Source: Alphaproteobacteria bacterium (GTDB lineage Bacteria; Pseudomonadota; Alphaproteobacteria; Bin95). Taken from it: a DNA stretch of 64,000 bases. Where the stretch lies: contig OZ224045.1 in assembly GCA_963665325.3 (NCBI GenBank), forward strand, positions 448,001 through 512,000. The letters run 5' to 3'. Position numbers and translations under genes: made by a program. The notes beneath the pieces were generated by a model. That model was not told where the DNA came from. It did not search any database and was given only the letters and a program-made list of their open reading frames with translations. Numbering within the stretch: the stretch's first letter is position 1; every line of letters starts with the position of its first letter. This document shows, piece after piece, positions 1 through 7,377 of the stretch.

Positions 1-1013
1 TCTTCATCAGAACCGGCCGGTTCGCGGGTCGCAACAACAGCCGATCAAAGATCGGGTTGTTCATTGAGTACCTGATCGACATGGGCATCGCCGCGCCGCG
101 CCCGACGCCGGCGTGCGAGGAACCGGGCCGCCATGTGGCGCGATTCCTAGTCTGGCTGCGACGCTATCGCGGCATCGGGGAGGGGACCATACAGAGCTAC
201 CACAAGGCCATGCGGGTGCTGCTTCCCCATCTTGGCGACGATCCCGATCGATACCGTGCGACGCTGATCAGGAACACGGTGCAGCACCGCCTTGAGACAG
301 CGTCGCGCGATCTTGTCCGACGCGAGACGTCGGCGCTTCGGTTGTATCTGCGCTTCCTCGTGCTGGACGGCCTTTGCCGGCCCGGGCTTGTCGGTGCGGT
401 GCCGACGGTTCCCCTGCAGAGGTTCTCGACATTGCCCCGTCATCTGCCGCGGGACGATATCGAACGCATCATCGCCTCGTGCGACCGGGCGACGCCCATG
501 GGACTGCGGGACCACGCCATCCTGCTGCTCCTCGCCCGGCTCGCCCTGCGTGCCGGCGACGTCGCCAATCTTCGCTTGAACGATATCGACTGGGACAATG
601 CGGTCGTTCGGGTCAGCGGCAAATCGCGACGCGCTGCGGTCTTGCCGTTACCGCAGGATGTAGGGGCCGCGGTCAAGGATTACATCCTCCATGCGCGGCC
701 TGTCGTGGAGGCCGAGAAGGTGTTCCTGCGCATGATGCCGCCGCGCCATCGGTCCCTGGCCAGCGGTGGTGTGTCGGCGGTCGCGCAGGCTGCAATCAAG
801 CGGTCCGGTGTCGAGGCCGAGGGACTGCCGGCGGGGCATGTCTTCCGGCATTCCGCGGCGACGAACATGCTGCGCGACAACACCCCGCTGGAGGTCATTG
901 GCACCCTGCTGCGTCATCAATCCACGCAGACAACGGCGATTTATGCGCGGGTCGATGTGCGAATGCTCCGGGAAGTGGCCCAGCCCTGGCCGGTCGCCGG
1001 AGACGAGAGATGA
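1..1013 (+). CDS. Tyrosine recombinase, RIT gene A (5' partial)
   Basis: Motifs RDHAILLLLARLALRAGDV, HVFRHS, LLRH and TTAIYA. The frame is open back to the window start. Confidence 0.92.
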   Translation, partial: FIRTGRFAGRNNSRSKIGLFIEYLIDMGIAAPRPTPACEEPGRHVARFLVWLRRYRGIGEGTIQSYHKAMRVLLPHLGDDPDRYRATLIRNTVQHRLETASRDLVRRETSALRLYLRFLVLDGLCRPGLVGAVPTVPLQRFSTLPRHLPRDDIERIIASCDRATPMGLRDHAILLLLARLALRAGDVANLRLNDIDWDNAVVRVSGKSRRAAVLPLPQDVGAAVKDYILHARPVVEAEKVFLRMMPPRHRSLASGGVSAVAQAAIKRSGVEAEGLPAGHVFRHSAATNMLRDNTPLEVIGTLLRHQSTQTTAIYARVDVRMLREVAQPWPVAGDER

Positions 1014-1936
1014 CGCTGGCCGAGCACGTGGAACGCTACGTCACCTTCCGCAGGGCCCTGGGTCATGCCTATGTGGAACCGGCGCGGTGCCTGCACGACT
1101 ACGCGGCCTATGCCGAGGCCCGTGGCGACAGCTTCGTGCGCACCAGCACGGTCTTCGATTGGGCGTCGACGACGCCATCTCCCCGACAGGCGCAAGTCAA
1201 ACTGCGCTACGTGTGCGACCTTGCCAGCGTCCTGCACGCCGACGACGAACGTCACGAGGTGCCGAACCGCGACGCCCTGGGCAAGGCAAGATCGCGGCGG
1301 CCAACGCCTCATCTGCTGTCCCTGACCGAGATCCGGCGGATCATGGATGCGGCGCTGGAGCTGCCGCCGGTCGGTTCGATCACGCCCCTGACGTTCCATT
1401 ACATCCTGGGGCTGATCGCCGCGACCGGCTTGCGGCGCTCGGAAGCGACCGGCCTGCTGCTGACGGACCTGACGGCGGATGGCTTGCTGATCAGGAAGGC
1501 GAAGTTCGGCAAGCGCCGCCTCGTCCCGCTGGAGGGCGGCGTCCATCGGGCCATGGAGGCGTATCTCCGGGAGAGGAAGCGCCGCGGCGGGCCCGACGAC
1601 CACCTGTTCGTGCTCTCGACGGGCCGGCCCATGCATCCGGTCTATCTCGCGACCGTCTTCGTCAAGCTGGCCCGGCGGGTCGGGCTTCGAGCCGGGCCAG
1701 GCGAGCCGGGCCCGCGGCTTCATGACCTTCGACATTCCTTCGCCGTTCGCGCGCTCGAAAACATGCTCTCGACCGAGCGACGGGATGTCGGCCGCCACAT
1801 GCTGACGCTATCGACCTATCTCGGCCATGCCACCACCGCCGACACGTACTGGTACCTCGAAGCGACGCCGGTGTTGCTCAGGCAGGTGTCGCGGGCCACC
1901 GAGAGGCTGCATGAGGGGAGCAGGAACGATGGCTGA
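1010..1936 (+). CDS. Tyrosine recombinase, RIT gene B
   Basis: ATG at 1010 overlaps the upstream TGA. Motifs TGLRRSEA, HDLRHSFA, YLGH and TYWYL. Confidence 0.92.
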   Translation: MTLAEHVERYVTFRRALGHAYVEPARCLHDYAAYAEARGDSFVRTSTVFDWASTTPSPRQAQVKLRYVCDLASVLHADDERHEVPNRDALGKARSRRPTPHLLSLTEIRRIMDAALELPPVGSITPLTFHYILGLIAATGLRRSEATGLLLTDLTADGLLIRKAKFGKRRLVPLEGGVHRAMEAYLRERKRRGGPDDHLFVLSTGRPMHPVYLATVFVKLARRVGLRAGPGEPGPRLHDLRHSFAVRALENMLSTERRDVGRHMLTLSTYLGHATTADTYWYLEATPVLLRQVSRATERLHEGSRNDG

Positions 1937-2921
1937 ACTCGCTCCTCCCCTGGCGATGTTCCTGCGGGAGTATCTTCCACGCGACAAGGGCACGAGCCGG
2001 CATACCGTTGAAAGCTATGCCCTGTGCTTCAAGCTGCTGGTTGTCTTCGCGGCGGACAAACATGGCATCCGGCCCTGCACGCTTGAGATCGGTCATCTCG
2101 ACATAGCGACCCTTCTCGAGTTCCTCGAACATCTCGAACGGGATCGGGGAAACGGAGTGCGCACACGCAATGCCCGGCTCGCGGCCATCAAGGCCTTCTT
2201 CCGCTTCCTCGAGTTCCGGCACCCGAGATATCTCGACCTCGCCGCGCAAGTGCGTCAGATCCCGGCGAAAAAGGGCGAGGTGCCCCTCATCGGCTCTCTC
2301 GACCGGGCCGAAACGCGGGCCCTGCTCGACGCGCCGGATCCGGACACGGTGGCGGGAATACGGGACCGCGCGATGCTGTGCCTCACCTACAACGCCGGCC
2401 TGCGGGTCTCGGAACTGGTCGGGCTTGCCCTCGACGATCTGAAGATGCCAGCCCTCGACGAGGTGCACATCATCGGCAAGGGCCGGCGCGAGCGCATCCT
2501 GCCGCTGTGGAAGGAAACCTGCAGGGCCCTACGGGACTGGTTGGCTCTCCGGCCGGAGAGTGCCGACCGCCATCTCTTCCTCAACGCCATGGGCACCGGC
2601 ATGACCCGGCGCGGCTTCGCCAAACGGCTTGTCCTCCATGCGCAAACCGCTGCGCGCAGCGTGCCGTCGATCACCAACAAGACCGTATCCCCCCACCTGC
2701 TGCGTCACGCTTGCGCGATCCACACGCTCGAGGCGACCGGTGACGTCAGGAAGGTCTCGCTCTGGCTCGGGCATGCAAGCCTTCAGACCACCGAGATGTA
2801 TCTGCAGGCCGATCCGACCGACAAGCTCGATACGCTCGATAAGTGGCGCCCTCCCAGCCTCAAGAAAGGAAAGTTCAAGGGCGTGAAGGACGAATTGCTC
2901 GCGATGCTCGCAGGCACCTGA
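1929..2921 (+). CDS. Tyrosine recombinase, RIT gene C
   Basis: Motifs TRNARLAAIKAFF, AGLRVSEL, GKGRRER, HLLRHAC, WLGHASLQTTEMY. Confidence 0.92.
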   Translation: MAELAPPLAMFLREYLPRDKGTSRHTVESYALCFKLLVVFAADKHGIRPCTLEIGHLDIATLLEFLEHLERDRGNGVRTRNARLAAIKAFFRFLEFRHPRYLDLAAQVRQIPAKKGEVPLIGSLDRAETRALLDAPDPDTVAGIRDRAMLCLTYNAGLRVSELVGLALDDLKMPALDEVHIIGKGRRERILPLWKETCRALRDWLALRPESADRHLFLNAMGTGMTRRGFAKRLVLHAQTAARSVPSITNKTVSPHLLRHACAIHTLEATGDVRKVSLWLGHASLQTTEMYLQADPTDKLDTLDKWRPPSLKKGKFKGVKDELLAMLAGT

Positions 2922-2932
2922 ACCCGCCATTC

Positions 2933-3057
2933 TTATGGGAACCTGAGTCGCGTCCAATCCCTTGATAATCAACGCCCGCAGCGGCTCAGGTTCCCAGAAT
3001 CATAAGGTTCCCATATCCGCTGTTATCGGAACCTTCCGATAACAGCGGGCTTATCGG
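2933..3057. repeat. RIT right-end recombinase binding sites and junction palindrome
   Basis: 12-bp IR TGGGAACCTGAG (2936-2947) / CTCAGGTTCCCA (2985-2996), a further GGTTCCCATA at 3006, and a perfect 15-bp hairpin at 3017-3031 / 3034-3048. Confidence 0.8.
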
Positions 3058-3765
3058 CGCCCCTTGCGGGGTTCCTTTCCGCTCCTTGCGCGCCCGGTTC
3101 GTGCGGCGCTTGCCGCCCTTGCCGTCGTCCTCCTCCACCGGCATTTCCAGCCATGCCTTGATGAGCTTGAGCATCCGCCCGTCGCTGATGCGTCGGGCGA
3201 AGCTCTTCAGAAGCTCGGCATGCGGGATTTCGCCGAAGTAGTTGGACAGGTCGCAATCGACCACCTCGTTGTGCCCTCCGTATAGGAGGCGAACGACGCG
3301 CTTCACCGCGTCGTGGGCGCTCCGCTCCGGCCTGTAGGCGTACTGCTCCGGTTGCAGGTCCGCTTCGAATATCGGCTCAAGAACAAGCAGAGCCGATGTC
3401 TGCGCCACCCGGTCCCGTATGCAGGGGATGCCCAAGGGCCGGAACTTGCCGGGCTGTTTCTTCGGGATGAGCACCTGTCGCACCGGCTTCGGTGTGTACG
3501 TCCCATCCCTCAGTTCCCGCGCCAGTTCCCCAAGCCAGCGCCCCACGCCATCCGACTCGATGTCCGCGAAGGTCTCTCCGTCCACCCCGGCGGCCCCGCC
3601 ATTTCGGCGAACTCGCTTCCAGGCTTCCGCGAGAAAGTCCTCGCGCCACACCTTGTCGATCAGCGCGTGGAAGCGCCGGTCGGGTTCTTCCTTAGCTTTC
3701 ACATGTAACACGGTCTGGAGTCGCCGGACCTTGTCTGACCCTGGTAGGCTTTCGCCAGTGGTCAT
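2986..3765 (-). pseudogene. ltrA: Group II intron reverse transcriptase/maturase, truncated after GTPQG
   Basis: GAAGVDG, RPLGIPCIRDRVAQ, YAYRPERSAHDA, DCDLSNYF and GTPQGAPISPLLS, then RIT-derived sequence. No YADD or X domain in the window. Confidence 0.9.
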
Positions 3766-4254
3766 GCCTTTCTCCCTTTCCGCATCGCTCTCGAACCAGG
3801 GCTCCTTCCCTCCACCGGCATTACCCGGCATCCACGGTAATACGAGCCCATCCGCCACCCTGCCGGCCCGGCCTGCCCCTCGCGGGGTTCCGGTTGGTGC
3901 GTGCCACACCACCGACAGGGCTTCCCGTGTTGCTCCCATCCCCCTCTTCCATGCGTGCCGCCGCCACTACCCCGGCGGAACTGCCCGGTGCGCATGTCGC
4001 TCGCTTCCCGGACGGTGGCAGCCTTCCCCAACCGTTAGACGGGTCGGCTTCCGCATCACCCTTTTCGAGGCCTGCTCGGCGTTCACTCGCGTTGCGGCCC
4101 GCATGGTCGCCTGAACCGCCCAAGGCGGTCCTTTGTCGGAGTGCTTCAGACGATGTCGTTACCTCCATCATCCGCTCCGATTGCTACCGGCTGGAGCGAC
4201 AGTTGCCGGGCGGGATTCGCACCCGCTGAGGGATGGTGCCTTTCCACGGCACAC
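3043..4254 (-). mobile_element. Group II intron, 5' half (interrupted by RIT)
   Basis: Minus strand starts GTGTGCCGTGG at 4254 (GUGYG 5' end), has ~490 nt of non-coding leader, then the RT ORF. The flanking sequence from 4255 matches the transposon end at 59335. Confidence 0.85.
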
Positions 4255-4435
4255 TAACGGTAACGGGTAACACGCCCGTCCCAATCCGCGTCAAGCTCTC
4301 GGCCCGTGGCCGGAAGCTTGCTTACAGCCATGGATGCACTTCGTCCGACACTCCCGCCCGGCTTTGCCGTGACCGGCAGTCGATCCCCATCAGATAACGC
4401 GAAACCCGCACCATCAAATACCGTGCGCACGCTCA
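4255..4435 (+). mobile_element. Right end of a diverged relative of the 55215-59597 transposon
   Basis: TAACGGTAACGGGTAACAC, GGCCCGTGGCCGGAAGCTTGCTTACRGCCATGGATGCACT and the terminal CCATCA.ATACCG.G.GCAC.CTCA all match 59335-59597. Ends in TCA at 4435. Confidence 0.8.
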
Positions 4436-4757
4436 GCGTCTCCTCATGCAGGACGCGGCGGCCCATGTCCCACGGCCCCGTCCGTGTCATCTGCGCCCTC
4501 TCACCCGGACCGGTCGTGCGTTGAGCGGCGACAATGACGGGGATCGCCATGCGGCGCCGGGGACGGACAGCGGCGCACTCGATGGCTTCCCTTCCGCCCG
4601 CGAGGTTGGTACAAGGCCAATGAAGGATATCGTGCGAGTTCCGGCGGCGCCGCGTTGCGGCATTGTCGGGTTCGCCTTTGACGAGGGTGATTTGGCAATG
4701 ATCGGAATCATGCAGAAGATCGTGGCGGCGCTTGCGTCGGCTGCCGGGAAAATCCGC

Positions 4758-4789
4758 TTGACAAGCCGGTTTGGCGTTCCCGGTATAAT
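4758..4789 (+). promoter_or_regulatory. Sigma70-like promoter with a long (20-bp) spacer upstream of the autotransporter
   Basis: Exact TTGACA (4758-4763) and TATAAT (4784-4789) in GC-rich DNA. Confidence 0.55.
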
Positions 4790-5050
4790 CGCCGGATCGC
4801 CGGATCGCCGGATCGCCGGATCGCCGGATCGCCGGATCGCCGGATCGCCGGATCGCCGGATCGCCGGATCGCCGGATCGCCGGATCGCCGGATCGCCGGA
4901 TCGCCGGATCGCCGGATCGCCGGATCGCCGGATCGCCGGATCGCCGGATCGCCGGATCGCCGGATCGCCGGATCGCCGGATCGCCGGATCGCCGGATCGC
5001 CGGATCGCCGGATCGCCGGATCGCCGGATCGCCGGATCGCCGGATCGCCG
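4788..5050 (+). repeat. Perfect 8-bp tandem repeat (ATCGCCGG) x32 plus 7 nt
   Basis: Read directly from the sequence. Contains 32 GATC sites and lies between the -10 box and the start codon. Confidence 0.98.
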
Positions 5051-5062
5051 ACCTGCGTCCGC

Positions 5063-5328
5063 GTGACGGCCATGAGCGCGTTCGCATGGCTGCGCCGGCG
5101 GGGCCGTCCGTCCTCACCGCCTGAGTCTCTCTCCTCCGCCGGACGGCATTCCGCTTCCCGCCGTCCCGCTCCTTCCTCCGACGGTTCCAGTCCCGCATCG
5201 GCGCAGCGCGTCCTTGCCGCGTGTGCGTCCGGCGCCGCCCGCCGCCTGCGGCGCGGCCTGCGCCCCGTCCTTGCCTCCGCGCTGCTTGCCCTTCCCCTGC
5301 TCGCCGGCCTGCCGACCGGGGCGCAGGC
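5063..5328 (+). pseudogene. Autotransporter adhesin, fragment 1 (extended signal peptide)
   Basis: Basic region plus hydrophobic VLASALLALPLLAGLP-TGAQA. Joins in frame to 50810 once the phage and one TSD copy are removed (AQA-QVACSTAN). Confidence 0.85.
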
Positions 5329-5440
5329 TGTAGCCGTCGAAAATGTTCTGACTCGGCGTGCAGAATGACTGACTCCTAGCGCGATTCGAACGAATCGGAG
5401 TCAAGGGATGTCTATTAACGTGCAGAATCTTCTGACTCCG
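5329..5440. repeat. Prophage left-in-window end: terminal IR and putative transposase binding sites
   Basis: 28-bp imperfect TIR TGTAG-N8-AATGWTCTGACTCGG shared with the other end, and repeated TGACTC/GAGTCA. Confidence 0.8.
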
Positions 5441-5484
5441 TTGAGCGGCGCTTAAACGGCCATTCAACGCGCGTTCACGCGCGG

Positions 5485-6495
5485 TCACTCCCGGGGCTCG
5501 GCGGTGACCCTGGTGGTGTAGCCGCGCCCCTTCGACAGGTTGTGATCGGCGCGCAGGATGGTCCACTGGCCGATGCCCGGTTCCGGCCAGTCCTCCAGCT
5601 CCAGCACGGCCTCCGACACCAGGCGCGGATCGCCTGGCACGGTCAGATCCAGTTCCTTGGTCTGGCGGGCGAACCGGCCCAGACGCGCAGCTGCGGCTGC
5701 CTCGGCTTGTGCGCGGTCGGGCAGCGGCTCGCGTATCTCGTAGACAGGCTCGCCCGCGCCGGCCTTCACGTGGACGAACGAGGCGCTGGCGACGTCCTGG
5801 TAGCCCGCGACCACGGCACCGAAGCGAGGGCGGCCCTTCACCGCGTAGCGGGCGGACAGGACGCTTCTTTCGCCGGCTCTGCGCGCTCCGGGCGCCAGCC
5901 GGACCGTAGGCATTGTCTGCCCCGACAGAGCGGTGCGCCCGCTGCCGCGCGGGGCGAAGACCAGAGAGCCGCCCACCGCCTTGAACGTGGCGTCATATTG
6001 CCGGGACAGGCGGCGCAGCAGGTGCAGATCGCTCTCCGCTGTCTGGTCGATGTGGGGAATGACGATCCCGGACAGGCTGGGCGGCACGGCACCCCTGTAA
6101 TCGTGCTCGGCGGCGATCGTGGCGACCAGATCGCCGAGCGAGACATTGTCCCAGGCGCGCCGCTTCGGCGCCTTGAGCGTCGACCGGCGGCGGAAGTCGG
6201 CGGCGGTGGCCCGCACGACCAGGCGCCGGGGCTCCAGGTCGATCTCGGACTCGTCGTGGTAATACACACCCATGCCGACCAGCCCGGCATCCTCGTAACC
6301 GATCGACACCCTCATCTCCCGCTCCGCCGCCGGCAGCGCCAGCTTGGCGTCGGCGTCCGATAGCTCGATCTCCAGCGTGTCGCTGGTCCGGTCAGAGGTG
6401 ATCGCAAGCCGGAGATTGAGCAGGCTGTCACGGACGAGCCGGGTGACATCGGCCCCGCCCGCAATCACCTCGAACGCCGGTGTTCTCACTCCCAT
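5485..6495 (-). CDS. Phage late control / baseplate hub protein (P2 gpD-like)
   Basis: SDTLEIELSD, HIDQTAESDLHLLRRL and GYTT C-terminus; last gene of the tail module. Confidence 0.85.
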   Translation of the reverse strand: MGVRTPAFEVIAGGADVTRLVRDSLLNLRLAITSDRTSDTLEIELSDADAKLALPAAEREMRVSIGYEDAGLVGMGVYYHDESEIDLEPRRLVVRATAADFRRRSTLKAPKRRAWDNVSLGDLVATIAAEHDYRGAVPPSLSGIVIPHIDQTAESDLHLLRRLSRQYDATFKAVGGSLVFAPRGSGRTALSGQTMPTVRLAPGARRAGERSVLSARYAVKGRPRFGAVVAGYQDVASASFVHVKAGAGEPVYEIREPLPDRAQAEAAAAARLGRFARQTKELDLTVPGDPRLVSEAVLELEDWPEPGIGQWTILRADHNLSKGRGYTTRVTAEPRE

Positions 6496-6836
6496 AGCTG
6501 GACAATCCGCGCCTCGTCGACCGGCGCCACCTCGATGTCAGGCAGCCGCACCTTCGTGCCGGCCGGCAGCCGCGGGCCGAGCGCCTGGAGTTCGGGGTTT
6601 GCGGCCTGGACGTGCCGCACGGCGGCAGTGGTGCCATACCGACGATAGGCGATCAGGTCGAGCGTATCGCCGCCGAGCGCGGTATAGACAAAATCGCCCT
6701 CCGGCGTCTCGAGCTCGAGCGTGCCCGCAGCACCCTCCAGGCGCGCGGCAGCGGCAAGCCCTGCAGCGTAGATTTCCGCCGGCGTGCGGTCCGGATCGGC
6801 CGTGATGGCGGCGAGGACTGCCGTGCGCCCCGCCAT
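6486..6836 (-). CDS. Tail protein X (P2 gpX, LysM-like)
   Basis: GDTLDLIAYRRYG...ANPEL..LGPRLPAGT.V.LP...VQLWE. Confidence 0.85.
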   Translation of the reverse strand: MAGRTAVLAAITADPDRTPAEIYAAGLAAAARLEGAAGTLELETPEGDFVYTALGGDTLDLIAYRRYGTTAAVRHVQAANPELQALGPRLPAGTKVRLPDIEVAPVDEARIVQLWE

Positions 6837-6838
6837 GG

Positions 6839-7365
6839 CTACGGCGCACCCCTGGCGGCGGCGATCACGCCGGCCGAGTTCTGGCCCGCGGCCACCGCAC
6901 CCCGCGTGGCGGCGAGCACCGCGTCGGCGTTGCCGACGGTGCCCGAGGACTGCCGCAGCTGCGCCGTCTCGCCGGCCGCGCATCGTCGTCGCGCATCAGC
7001 GACAGGGTAAATGCGATCTTGCGCGCCTGACCGTTGTCGAACAGCGCCGAGCGCTCATCGGTCAGCTGCGACATGATCCAGCGGCCGAAGACTTCGCCGG
7101 TTCCGCCGGTGAGCGGGTGCGCCTCGCCTTCGGCGCCGAGCGCGCGCAGGTCGTCGAGCACAGCCGGACGTCCGCGATAGGTGGGCATGATGACGCCCGA
7201 GAGCGTGATGCTGTCCTCGCCGGGGCCCGTGAACTGGTAGCCGGGACGGTCGCCGACCCTGTCGTGCGCCGGCACGCGGTACCGCGTCGAACGGCGGAGC
7301 GCCTGGTAGGCCGCCTGCGCCACCGAAAAGGAGACGCTTCCGTAGGTCAGCATCACTTCGCTCAC
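6839..7365 (-). CDS. Tail protein (P2 gpU-like), probable 1-nt frameshift near 6978
   Basis: QFTGPGEDSITLSGVI and GEVFGRW motifs. The alternative frame gives an Ala-rich tail ending at TAG 6839-6841, just before gpX. Confidence 0.8.
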
Positions 7366-7377
7366 GGCCGCCTCCGG

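Larger units (their letters stand above)
1..3042 (+). mobile_element. RIT (recombinase-in-trio) element; left part lies outside the window
   Basis: Three overlapping, co-oriented tyrosine recombinase ORFs followed by GGGAACC/GGTTCCC end repeats (2933-3033). The element abuts a truncated group II intron RT. Confidence 0.88.

Noticed and set aside
2986-3765. RT as part of a DGR or retron acting on the prophage fibres
   Set aside because: It has group II intron RT motifs and a GUGYG 5' end, lies outside the phage and is truncated. No TR/VR pair with adenine-specific mismatches was seen; the fibre duplication is exact.
4788-5050. Repeat array as CRISPR, or as a repeat protein (ORFs 4254-5198, 4446-5066, 4708-5073)
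   Set aside because: There are no spacers or cas genes, and the ORFs are open only because the octamer lacks stop codons.
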